From positions 30,613 through 94,612 of the forward strand of contig JAZOCA010000025.1 of NCBI GenBank assembly GCA_045596285.1: a DNA stretch of 64,000 nucleotides, written 5' to 3'. The translations under genes and the position numbers were made by a program. Positions 54,940 to 63,737 of the stretch are shown here, in pieces. Position 1 is the stretch's first letter; every line of letters starts with the position of its first letter. The notes under the pieces were generated by a model that was not told where the DNA came from, searched no databases, and saw only the letters and a list, made by a program, of their open reading frames with translations. This DNA is from Christensenellaceae bacterium. GTDB taxonomy: Bacteria; Bacillota; Clostridia; Christensenellales; Borkfalkiaceae.

Positions 54940-55263
54940 AAGCACACCTCCGTTTTCTTTCTGCGAGTATATTTTACCATACTTTTTTCGTATCCGCTGT
55001 GACTTTTGTCACTCAAGCATATTATATCATGAGTAAAAATGCTTGCTTGCAAGGGCATTTTTACGACCTGATTCAATAACACAGCCGCGCAGGGCGCGGA
55101 AGGTGCGTTAGCACAAAGACTTGCGAAGCAAGGATTTCTGTGTATATTATATCATATTTTGTGCTACATATCAACACGAAAGTAGCTTGTGACATAAGTC
55201 ACGGACGGGACTCTGTTTTTGTGTTAAAATAAAGCCGTAATAAAAACACAAGGAGGACACAAA

Positions 55264-55584
55264 ATGAGTGTTTTCAATATATTCGCACGCAAGGATATTA
55301 ACGAAGGGGTGCGAAACTTCCGTAAAAACAAAAACGCATTTCTTATCGACGTCAGAACGAGAGAAGAATACGCTGGCGGACATATTGATGGAAGCCAAAA
55401 TCTTCCGCTTGACGAGATCGACAAAGTGGATTCGATTATAAAGAATAAAAACACTCCTCTATACGTCCATTGCCTAAGTGGTGGACGAAGCGCACGCGCG
55501 GTGGCATATCTGAAAGACAAGGGATATCGGGAGGTTCATGATATCGGCGGTATCGGATCGTACAGGGGTAAGATCGTTGTTTGA
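55264..55584 (+). CDS. Single-domain rhodanese (cytoplasmic sulfurtransferase)
   Basis: 106 aa with the active-site loop HCLSGGRS. The SD is AGGAGGA. Confidence 0.85.
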   Translation: MSVFNIFARKDINEGVRNFRKNKNAFLIDVRTREEYAGGHIDGSQNLPLDEIDKVDSIIKNKNTPLYVHCLSGGRSARAVAYLKDKGYREVHDIGGIGSYRGKIVV

Positions 55585-55675
55585 AGATGCAAAGAAAAGC
55601 CCAATCGGTTGAAAATATTATAGAAATATGATATAATCAACTCACCGATAGCACGAATTTAACGAGGTAGTATAG

Positions 55676-56374
55676 ATGAATGAAGAATGTTTGATTTGCA
55701 AAGCTCCGCTTGAATACCTTGATGCTGACGAGGAAATGGAATGTGTGCTTTGCCACAAAAAACAATACAGCAAAACAAGATGCGTAGGCGGTCATTTCGT
55801 CTGCGATGAATGCCATACAAGCGGAATGGACAGCATCATTGCAATTTGTCTGAACAGCAAATCCGATGATCCAATTGAAATTTTAGAAGAAATGATGAAT
55901 ATGCCGTCTTGCCATATGCACGGCCCCGAACACCATACAATGGTCGGCTCGGCGCTTTTGACCGCTTATAAAAACGCAGGCGGTGAAATTGATCTGGCGT
56001 CCGCGCTTGGAGAAATGCAGAAAAGAGGAAAGCAAGTCCCCGGCGGCGCCTGCGGATTTTGGGGCGCATGCGGTGCAGGCATCAGCACGGGAATGTATAT
56101 CTCCATTGCCTTGAAAGCCACTCCTTTGGCAGGTGAAGCTTGGGGATTATCCAACCAAATGACAGCAAGAGCATTGGATGCGATAGGCAAAAATGGCGGC
56201 CCCCGTTGCTGCAAAAGGGATTCCTATCTTGCCATCATCGAAGCGGTCAAATTCACGAGCGAAAAATTACATATCGATATGAAACTGAACTCTGTGATCT
56301 GCACTCGCTCACACTTGAACAATCAATGCAGACAGGAAAAATGCCTTTTCCACAAAAACTATACAGAGTATTAA
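55676..56374 (+). CDS. Cys-rich putative redox protein (DUF5714-like / C_GCAxxG_C_C-like)
   Basis: 232 aa with an N-terminal double CxxC zinc-ribbon pattern (CLICK...CVLCH...CDEC) and an internal GACGFWGACGAG. The family assignment is from memory only. Confidence 0.45.
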   Translation: MNEECLICKAPLEYLDADEEMECVLCHKKQYSKTRCVGGHFVCDECHTSGMDSIIAICLNSKSDDPIEILEEMMNMPSCHMHGPEHHTMVGSALLTAYKNAGGEIDLASALGEMQKRGKQVPGGACGFWGACGAGISTGMYISIALKATPLAGEAWGLSNQMTARALDAIGKNGGPRCCKRDSYLAIIEAVKFTSEKLHIDMKLNSVICTRSHLNNQCRQEKCLFHKNYTEY

Positions 56375-56616
56375 ATTCCAATTTTGCGATGTGAAGTAGA
56401 GTAATTCAGCAGTTCAACGAATACCACTCTTTTAACGATAGGAAGACACTACACCTTGACGGGGAGTAGTGCTTTTCTGCATTTGGGGCATCCGAGGCAC
56501 AAGATATAGGCACCGCTTATAATGAAATACAATAAAAAAAGCCCTTTGTAAATCAAGGGTTTTCATCTAATTTTTGATCGCTCTAATTCAAATCCCTACC
56601 CTTTATCTTCCACAAT

Positions 56617-56650
56617 AAAAAAGTGCAAGTGAACCACTTGCATTTTTTTT
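56617..56650. terminator. Bidirectional rho-independent terminator between the convergent Cys-rich-protein and methyltransferase genes
   Basis: AAAAAAG-TGCAAGTG-AAC-CACTTGCA-TTTTTTTT. Confidence 0.85.
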
Positions 56651-56714
56651 GTGAAAGGGCTACGAAAAGGCATGTGATTTCACGCTGTTGCCTGCTCTAC
56701 AAATTGGACTTTGA

Positions 56715-57500
56715 TCAATTCTTTTTGTATTCAAACAAGCGATACAGTTTTTTTGAGAAACCGCCTGCATAAAGCTTCGCAAATATGAACCTTTCAAAAC
56801 CTTTCAACTTGTCTATATATTTCTGCGGTATCATGGTGTGTTCTTTTACGAAAGCAAGCTTCTCGCTTTGATAAGATCGTGGGTTGTCTATACCGTAAAC
56901 CTTTGTAACGCCTACGTCATTTATAGGGTTTCTTCGCTTTGACATTTTAGCGGCAAAAGAGGTATAGGCATCCACTAAAAGCATAATGCTTTCAAAATGA
57001 GTGCAAAGGCTATCTGTTAAAGTTCGCATTTCATCTGTGGTCAAATACATACTCACGCCTTCCATAACGACAATGGCAGATTTCTTCTCTGGGATAGCTG
57101 TCAGCCAACAACAATCTCTTGCATCGCCTGCAATCATTTTATAGTTATCCGTTTCGGCATAGTAGCGTTTTCTTTCTTCAATAACTTCCGTAAAATCCAT
57201 GTCATACCACTTGTGATCTTTATCTCCGACTCTTATGACTCGGCTATCCATTCCGCACCCGATATGAATGATCACGGCATTCGATGCATTTGATATTTGC
57301 TGCTTTACCCATTCATCAAATACGGCAGAACGAACTCCCATATAATAAGCAAGCCATTTGGATTTGGATTTACCCTTCAGCGAAAATCCTTCTGCCTCCC
57401 AAATCTCTTCGGCTTTTTTATCATCAAGGAACAAGCCCTTCTTGCTCACGTAAGACTTACCGTATAAGGGGATGTATAGTGTTTTGTTTACGCTATTCAT
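56715..57500 (-). CDS. Class I SAM-dependent O-methyltransferase (LCM/TcmP-like)
   Basis: 261 aa. The motif I-like segment is VIIHIGCGMDSRV, followed by MEGVSMYL, as in the leucine carboxyl methyltransferase family. Confidence 0.6.
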   Translation of the reverse strand: MNSVNKTLYIPLYGKSYVSKKGLFLDDKKAEEIWEAEGFSLKGKSKSKWLAYYMGVRSAVFDEWVKQQISNASNAVIIHIGCGMDSRVIRVGDKDHKWYDMDFTEVIEERKRYYAETDNYKMIAGDARDCCWLTAIPEKKSAIVVMEGVSMYLTTDEMRTLTDSLCTHFESIMLLVDAYTSFAAKMSKRRNPINDVGVTKVYGIDNPRSYQSEKLAFVKEHTMIPQKYIDKLKGFERFIFAKLYAGGFSKKLYRLFEYKKN

Positions 57501-57547
57501 ATATACTCCTGCAAATTCTTATTGATCGGTTAGATTATATCACCTTT

Positions 57548-57783
57548 TTATGTATAAATCAAGGCGGAAGCATTGTATATTTAATGAAATCGTGCTATGC
57601 ACGATAAAATCCGAAAAGGCTCGGATGAAATCAAATCCGTCTATCCTAACCCCGTATTAGCGGGATTTCATCGCGTAGCGATTTCATCCACGAAGTGGAT
57701 TTATTCCGCTTGGCTTTTTTGTTGCCTTTTTAAACTCTTTTATAATAAAAATCACAAAAAAGTGCGCCTATAACGCGATTAAC
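57548..57783 (+). repeat. Composite of dispersed intergenic modules: family D (57548-57590), family B (57624-57712), tail module plus family A copy l (57697-57783)
   Basis: Each part has a counterpart elsewhere in the window (63695-63737; 51597-51672; 40908-40994). Copy l reads AAAAAAGTGCGCCTATAACGCGATTAAC. Confidence 0.75.
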
Positions 57784-57896
57784 AGCACTTTTAACATTTA
57801 AATTACTATATTTATTTCCTTTTTTTTAGCTTAAACCGAACACGATATAATCTTTAATTTCAAAATTTCACTCTCTTTATTTTTGTAAATTTTGCA

Positions 57897-57944
57897 ATAA
57901 AAAAGCCTTACAATCGAACACTTGTGGTTCGTATTTATAAGGCT
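57897..57944 (-). terminator. Rho-independent terminator after rhaA
   Basis: The minus strand shows an AGCCTTATAA...TTGTAAGGCT stem with a nested GAAC/GTTC hairpin, followed by TTTTTT. Confidence 0.5.
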
Positions 57945-58009
57945 ATTCACTCAAGGCCGAGCGGATTTTTATTTTAATCCACTCGGCTTTTTTTGTGTTA
58001 TATATTTTT

Positions 58010-59254
58010 TTAATTACGTTTAAGTAAAACTTCACGTTCGTATTTTTGAACTTCTTCAAGCCAGTTTTCATCTAAACCTTGGCGCGATAGATATTCTTCC
58101 CAAATAGCACCCCAAGGCATTGATTTAAATTTTTCATTTAAATACATTATCTTTGTAAAGTTGTTTTCATCTTGCAACTGTTTAAGTTCTTCGTTTGGAA
58201 GAAGCATTGCAAATAAAAGTGCTTTTTGCATTGCTCTAACGCCCGTAACCCAAGCGCATAAGCGGTTAATGCTTGCATCAAAATAATCAAGCCCAATAAT
58301 TACCTTGTTATCTGCGTTGTTTCTTACAATTTCCTTTGCGATTTCTTTTAACTCGTCATCCAAAATAACAACGTGATCGCTATCCCAACGAACAGGGCGC
58401 GATACGTGAAGCGCAACTTTTTCATAAAAAGCAAGAAGTGAAGAAATTTTATCTGAAACAACTTCGGTAGGATGGTAATGCCCAGTATCAAGCAAGCAAC
58501 AAATACCTTTTGAAGATGCGTAGTTTTGGTAAAATTCGTTATTGCCAACGGTATAACTTTCAAGCCCAATGCCAAACACCTTACTTTCTACTGCGGGAAT
58601 AACCCACTCTTTATTGTAATCTTGCAAAATTTCATCTAAACTTGCTTTTAGTCTTAATCTTGGTGAAAGTCTGTCTGCAGGAATATCTTTATAACCATCT
58701 GGAATCCAAATATTAACAAGACAAGGGCTGTTCATAGCCTTACCCATTTCTTCGGCAATCTTTAAGCAAGCCTTGCCGTGATTAATCCAAAACCTTCTTG
58801 TTTCTTCATCCGGTGAAGAAAGTGAAAGCCCGTTTTTCATTTTTGGATGAGCAAAGAAAGTGGGGTTAAAATCTACGCCAACAGCGCCTATTTTCTTTGC
58901 AAAATCTACCCAAGGTTTAAAGTGCTTATAGGTATATGCATCTCTATCTACCTTACCCTTATCTTCGCCTAAAAAAGCATAGCACGCGTGAACGTTAATG
59001 CGCTTTTTACCAGGCATTAACGAAAAGGCTTTTTCTATATCTGCAAAGAGTTCTTCAGGCGTTCTTGCTCTACCTGGGTAATTACCCGTAGTTTGAATAC
59101 CACCGGATAGCGAATCGCTACCGTCAAAACCGATAACGTCATCCCCTTGCCAACAGTGAACACTTACTGAAATGTTAGATAATCGACCTATAGCCCCTTC
59201 TACGTCTATATTCTGCGCTTCGTATATGCGCTTGCATTCTTCATAAAAACTCAT
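58010..59254 (-). CDS. rhaA: L-rhamnose isomerase
   Basis: 414 aa with the RhaA-typical N-terminus ...AIGRLSNISVSVHCWQGDDV. It follows rhaB and rhaD. Confidence 0.9.
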   Translation of the reverse strand: MSFYEECKRIYEAQNIDVEGAIGRLSNISVSVHCWQGDDVIGFDGSDSLSGGIQTTGNYPGRARTPEELFADIEKAFSLMPGKKRINVHACYAFLGEDKGKVDRDAYTYKHFKPWVDFAKKIGAVGVDFNPTFFAHPKMKNGLSLSSPDEETRRFWINHGKACLKIAEEMGKAMNSPCLVNIWIPDGYKDIPADRLSPRLRLKASLDEILQDYNKEWVIPAVESKVFGIGLESYTVGNNEFYQNYASSKGICCLLDTGHYHPTEVVSDKISSLLAFYEKVALHVSRPVRWDSDHVVILDDELKEIAKEIVRNNADNKVIIGLDYFDASINRLCAWVTGVRAMQKALLFAMLLPNEELKQLQDENNFTKIMYLNEKFKSMPWGAIWEEYLSRQGLDENWLEEVQKYEREVLLKRN

Positions 59255-59263
59255 AACTACCCC

Positions 59264-60076
59264 CTAATTTTTAAGCACGCCGTCCATTACGGTTAAGCCC
59301 CATAAATCGGCAAGCCCTTTAATTATTTCATCTGGAATTACGTTTACTGCCCTACCTAAAGTAAGCATATAAATTTGAGCGGTTTTTTCTACCGTTTCAA
59401 TCAACCCAAAGGCTTCATCTAAATTCTTGCCTGCGCCGTAAATTCCGTGGTTCGTCCAAACAACAAGGCGGTGATTATTCATTTTTTCAGCCGTTGCTCT
59501 GCCTATTTCTTCCGTTCCACAAATCATGCAAGGAAGAACGCCAACGCCATCTGGAAATACTACTACGCATTCGGTATTAGACTGCCAAAGCTTGTGAGTA
59601 AAATCTCTTTCATCCACTTCACAAACTGTGTTCATTGCAATAGTATAAGTGGGATGAGAGTGCATAACTACCCTATGCTCTTTATCTTGTTTCAAACGCG
59701 CAATATGGCTCATCATATGCGCGGGGAATTCAGAAGTAAATTTACCGCCGTCTTTATAACCCCAAAGAAGTTCTGCGTTTTTACCGTCATTTGCAATTCT
59801 TACTATACCAAGGTTAGTTTCGGGATCGTTTTGCACGTTTTTAAAATATTTACCCGTGCCTGTTACGATAAAGATTTTTCCTATAAGCTCGGTTGCATCA
59901 AAACCAGTAGGTATAACCCGTATAACCTTATTTAAATCTAAGTATTCGCCAACTTCTTTTTCATCTAACAAATAACTTATATTACCGCCGTTTCTTTCGT
60001 CCCAGCCAAGTCTATACATATTTGCCGTGGTTTGCCCCATTTCAACAACGAAAGGGGCTTTTGATATATCTTTCAT
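59264..60076 (-). CDS. rhaD: Rhamnulose-1-phosphate aldolase
   Basis: Class II aldolase/adducin fold with GWDERNGGNIS and the HSHP metal site. I set the start at MKDISKA (60076), 7 nt after AGGAAGG. Confidence 0.88.
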   Translation of the reverse strand: MKDISKAPFVVEMGQTTANMYRLGWDERNGGNISYLLDEKEVGEYLDLNKVIRVIPTGFDATELIGKIFIVTGTGKYFKNVQNDPETNLGIVRIANDGKNAELLWGYKDGGKFTSEFPAHMMSHIARLKQDKEHRVVMHSHPTYTIAMNTVCEVDERDFTHKLWQSNTECVVVFPDGVGVLPCMICGTEEIGRATAEKMNNHRLVVWTNHGIYGAGKNLDEAFGLIETVEKTAQIYMLTLGRAVNVIPDEIIKGLADLWGLTVMDGVLKN

Positions 60077-60093
60077 AATCATACCTTCCTTGA

Positions 60094-61464
60094 TTAATTA
60101 ACTTCTTTTACTTCAAAAGAATTTGCAACAAATTCTCTGCCTTGTGAAAGGCTTTCTATTTCATTAGCGCTAACCATTTGAACTATTAAATTGCCAAGCG
60201 CAGTTCCTTCGGTTGGCCCCGTTATAACACGCTTGCCCGTTTTTTGTTTGGTTAATTTATTTAAAAGTTCGTTCTTACTGCCACCGCCTATAATGTTCAG
60301 CGTTTGATATTTTTCGCCCGTCATTTGCTCTAAATCTTTAAGCGATTTATCGTAGTCGCAAGCTAAGCTATTAAATATACAGTAAGCGATTTGCCCGATA
60401 GTAAGATCGCATCCAACAGAACTCTTAATTTCCTCAATCATACTCTTAGGTGCTAAAAATCTTTGGTCGTTTACGTCTAAAAGTGCGTCTATAGGCTCGT
60501 TAACCGCCATTTCGGCAAGCTGAGAAAAAGAATATTTATCCCCAACTTCATGCCTTACTTGCTGTATCATCCAAAGCCCCATAATGTTCTTTTGAAGCCT
60601 AAAGGTAAAGTTTAATCCACCTTCGTTTGAATAGCCCGAAGCCATAGCATCTGCGCTTGTAAAGGCGTTATTTTGCTCTACACCAAGAAGTGACCAAGTA
60701 CCGCTTGAAATATAGGGTGTTTGCCCTTTTAACGGCGTTGCTATAACTGCGCTTGCCGTATCGTGAGTGGCGGGTAAAACAACCTTTGCATTATACCCAA
60801 CGAACAAAGCAACTTCCTTAGAAAAATCGCCAACAACAGTTCCCGGTTGTGATAAAGTGCCAAAAAGTTCTTTTTTTAGCCCAAGCGCTTGAATAATATC
60901 CCAATCCCATTCGTGAGTTTTAGCGTTAACTAAACCCGTTGTGGTGGCGTTGGTATATTCTTGAACTTTTTTACCAGTTAACCTAAAATGAAAATAATCG
61001 GGAATCATTAGCATTGAACTTGCCTTTTGCATTTTACCGCTTTTTAAATCGTGATAAAGCTGATAAATGCTATTAAAGGTTGTAAACGCAATGCCCGTTC
61101 TTTCAAAAAGTTTTTCAAAAGGCAAAATATCGTGTACTTGCGGAATTGAACTTTGCGTTCTATTATCGCGATAGCAATAAACGCTATCTATTACTTTATC
61201 GTTTTCATCAAGTAAAGCGTAATCCACGCCCCAAGTATCAATACCAACTGAATAGGGAATTTTACCAAGTTCGCCTGCCCTTTTTAAGCCGTTAAGTATT
61301 TCACTAAAAAGCCTTTCTACCTTCCACGTTAAAGAGCCGTTTGAATTTATAGGCGAATTTTCAAACCTATATATTTCTTCAATTTTAATTTTGTCGCCAT
61401 CTTTCCAGCTTAAAATATGCCTTCCCGATGATGCGCCTATATCTATTGCAAGAAAGTATTTCAT
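60094..61464 (-). CDS. rhaB: Rhamnulokinase (FGGY family)
   Basis: 456 aa with the N-terminal motif LAIDIGASSGRHIL, plus the operon context. Confidence 0.88.
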   Translation of the reverse strand: MKYFLAIDIGASSGRHILSWKDGDKIKIEEIYRFENSPINSNGSLTWKVERLFSEILNGLKRAGELGKIPYSVGIDTWGVDYALLDENDKVIDSVYCYRDNRTQSSIPQVHDILPFEKLFERTGIAFTTFNSIYQLYHDLKSGKMQKASSMLMIPDYFHFRLTGKKVQEYTNATTTGLVNAKTHEWDWDIIQALGLKKELFGTLSQPGTVVGDFSKEVALFVGYNAKVVLPATHDTASAVIATPLKGQTPYISSGTWSLLGVEQNNAFTSADAMASGYSNEGGLNFTFRLQKNIMGLWMIQQVRHEVGDKYSFSQLAEMAVNEPIDALLDVNDQRFLAPKSMIEEIKSSVGCDLTIGQIAYCIFNSLACDYDKSLKDLEQMTGEKYQTLNIIGGGSKNELLNKLTKQKTGKRVITGPTEGTALGNLIVQMVSANEIESLSQGREFVANSFEVKEVN

Positions 61465-61601
61465 ATTGCTCCTTTTTCCATTATAATTTAATAAAAAGTT
61501 GGGCTATACACTTTTACCGATAGTATTCCCTTTGAATTAGAATATTAAAGTATGTAGCATTTTTATTTTAACATACATTTCAAAATTTTACAAGATCTTT
61601 T

Positions 61602-62393
61602 CTACTTAGTTAAAAATTTTTGTTGATTACCAAAAATCTTTTTAGCAATCAAAACAAAATCATCAATACTATTTATGTATTTATCATAATTGTGAATCGG
61701 TCTATTAGAAATAAAATGTATCATATTTCTATTTGAATTTATTGTCTCCAACACTATTTTTTCTTCATTTGTTATTTCATTTTTATTTTCCATTTCATTG
61801 ATAATTTTTGGCACTTTTATATTATCTATTTTATTCAAGTCTTCTTTTTGCAAAAAATTTGAAAATTTTTCTCAACACACCGTAATATGGACTTTTAATA
61901 TTGCTTCTTGTATAGCCCCTAACAATGTCCATAAAAGTATTCGTTCCGTTTCAGATATACTTATTGGCTGGTTTATACAAATTTCTTCCTTATTGAAAAG
62001 TTCTATAATAAATTTTTTTATAAGTTTTGATTTAGAAATTATAGCATTAACTACTGATGGTGTTTTTGTCTCTGCTTTCCACCACCAGTTACTAATCATA
62101 TTGTTTACTAAATCATATAAAATTTTCACATTAGAATGTCCTATTATTTCCTTTTTCTCTATTTGAACACTACAATTTTCTGTAATAAAATCTCCAACCA
62201 TGCTATCAATATCTATCCAATTTTTTATGTGTTTAGTTATACTTATATTAGCATATCCTCCCAATTCACCTACTTTAATTGTTCTTTTTGCATAAAAATC
62301 ATAATATTCTTTAACACATTTTATTTGTTTGCAATTTTGCCCACAAACAACAAAATCGCCTATAAATTCAAAATTTTTGCTATAGTCACACAT
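61602..62393 (-). pseudogene. Hypothetical gene of about 264 codons interrupted by a single in-frame TGA (track ORFs 61872..62393 and 61602..61853)
   Basis: Both ORFs are in the same frame (both start coordinates are 2 mod 3) and are separated by only the TGA at 61872-61874 plus 6 sense codons. The downstream ORF begins with TTG and has no SD. The upstream ORF has an ATG with AAAGGA. TGA is a genuine stop elsewhere in the window (for example ecfT). Confidence 0.5.
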
Positions 62394-62669
62394 TATATAT
62401 CCTTTCTCTTAAAAAGTTTCATTGTTTTCCTTATTATAATACTTTTAAAATTTTAACGCAACAAAATGAAAAAGCAAGAACTTTTTATGGTTTTTGATTT
62501 TAAAAATGGTTAAATTTTATTAAAAAACACCATTGAAACTGATAAGCTTCAATAGTGCCTCACTTGCAAAAGAGCGACCAAAAGGATACAAAATCCTAAT
62601 GGGTTCATTTTGCAAAATGGATTCACTTTTTTGCAAAAAAATAGGTTCAAATTTAACGATTAGATCAAA

Positions 62670-63113
62670 CTATTCTTCAATTAAAGCTTTTGTTTCTTTA
62701 CCATTCTCGACTATGTAAATAAAACAATTTTCAAAATAATTCGAATACAGACCATTCGATTTTAAATTTTCAGGCCAATAGTTATACTTAATAATCACTT
62801 CAAATTTATCTGCAGATGTTTTAGGAATGATAAAAGGCAAAAAATCAATTGTTTGTTCTATGGTCTTAGGTTTTGAACCATCAATAGTTGAATTATATAC
62901 CTCTATGTTTTTTTCACAGCACGTACATTTTGCTTGAAGTATTAGCTGTTTGTTTTTCTTGATAATATAGGGGGCAAGTATTCCTTTTGTTTGCTTTCCC
63001 GTATGCGAAAAGACAAATTTATTGTTTCCACAAGTACAGAAAAGATTTGCGGATATGGAAACGCCGTTATGTTCTTGAATATTATTCAAGAATTCTAATA
63101 TTCTTAACTTCAT
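62670..63113 (-). CDS. Hypothetical protein with a CxC...CxxC zinc-ribbon-like pattern
   Basis: 147 aa with an ATG preceded by GGAG. It has CTCGNNKF ... KCTCCEKN. It is very AT-rich, and I recognise no family. Confidence 0.5.
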   Translation of the reverse strand: MKLRILEFLNNIQEHNGVSISANLFCTCGNNKFVFSHTGKQTKGILAPYIIKKNKQLILQAKCTCCEKNIEVYNSTIDGSKPKTIEQTIDFLPFIIPKTSADKFEVIIKYNYWPENLKSNGLYSNYFENCFIYIVENGKETKALIEE

Positions 63114-63157
63114 AATTAATTCTCCATATTAGATTTGTACGATAAATTGGAATTTGA

Positions 63158-63643
63158 TTAATAAAAAAATCTGTTTTTAACAAGAAAATCGACGAATGTA
63201 TATACGCCGTTTTCGTCTAATTCATCAAATAAAAAGGAAAATCCTATGGCTTGTTCATTAGACGCTTTGATTTTTTGTTTAAAATCATCCATTGACATAC
63301 CATTTGTGTAATAGTCATCTAAGTAGTTCTCTACTCCATACGCTTCAAACTCATATTTTTTTAGCAATGAATAATCAAAAGTTTCAGCTACATTTCTCGA
63401 TAATTTAGTTGAAATGGAAATCTTGTCGATCCCTACCTCTATATCACAACAGCCAATGATACTAATCACAGGAATGGGATAATACTCCATTTCATAATTA
63501 CCATCCTCATTCTTTGAGTAATGACCATTGAAAAAACCCATTTCACAATTATATTTCTCGATGGCTGATATAAATGGACTTCTTAAACTTTGAGCCTTGT
63601 TACAGAGTTTTCTATAAAACTCGTTCAGATTATTCTTATTCAT
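63158..63643 (-). CDS. Hypothetical protein
   Basis: I set the start at MNKNNLNEFY (63643), with GAGG 7 nt upstream. The track start at 63709 lacks an SD. I recognise no motif. Confidence 0.5.
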   Translation of the reverse strand: MNKNNLNEFYRKLCNKAQSLRSPFISAIEKYNCEMGFFNGHYSKNEDGNYEMEYYPIPVISIIGCCDIEVGIDKISISTKLSRNVAETFDYSLLKKYEFEAYGVENYLDDYYTNGMSMDDFKQKIKASNEQAIGFSFLFDELDENGVYTFVDFLVKNRFFY

Positions 63644-63694
63644 ATATTGCCTCGTCAAATTTTTATTTATCGATGAGTTTATTGTACCACACTT

Positions 63695-63737
63695 TTGTAT
63701 ATAAATCAAGGCGCAGCCTTGTATATCATCAATTCTG
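63695..63737 (+). repeat. Dispersed module family D, copy 2
   Basis: TTGTATATAAATCAAGGCGCAGCCTTGTATATCATCAA compares with TTATGTATAAATCAAGGCGGAAGCATTGTATATTTAATGAA at 57548. Confidence 0.6.

Noticed and set aside
51870-56394. Many overlapping ORFs on both strands within the GC-rich islet (for example 51870..52154, 51932..52402, 52965..53168, 53301..54802, 54830..55036, 55171..55520, 55836..56394)
   Set aside because: Higher GC lowers stop-codon frequency and produces long spurious frames. Each overlaps a gene with unmistakable motifs (Crp/Fnr, thioredoxin WCGPC, CoADR, rhodanese).
56573-56605. tRNA or tRNA-fragment (att-site-like) signal from TTCAAATCCCT, seen again at 63980-64000
   Set aside because: The sequence resembles a T-loop plus 3' T-stem, but the 5' T-stem complement is absent. 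No acceptor, D or anticodon arms can be drawn. I treat it as dispersed repeat family C instead.
745-57783. The family A motif as a known regulatory site (CcpA cre, parS, DnaA box, sporulation sigma promoters)
   Set aside because: I compared it by eye with the consensus sequences I remember (cre WTGNAANCGNWNNCW, parS TGTTNCACGTGAAACA, DnaA box TTATCCACA, and the sigma E/F/G/H/K -35/-10 elements). None fits. It occurs in both orientations, mostly at the 3' ends of genes.
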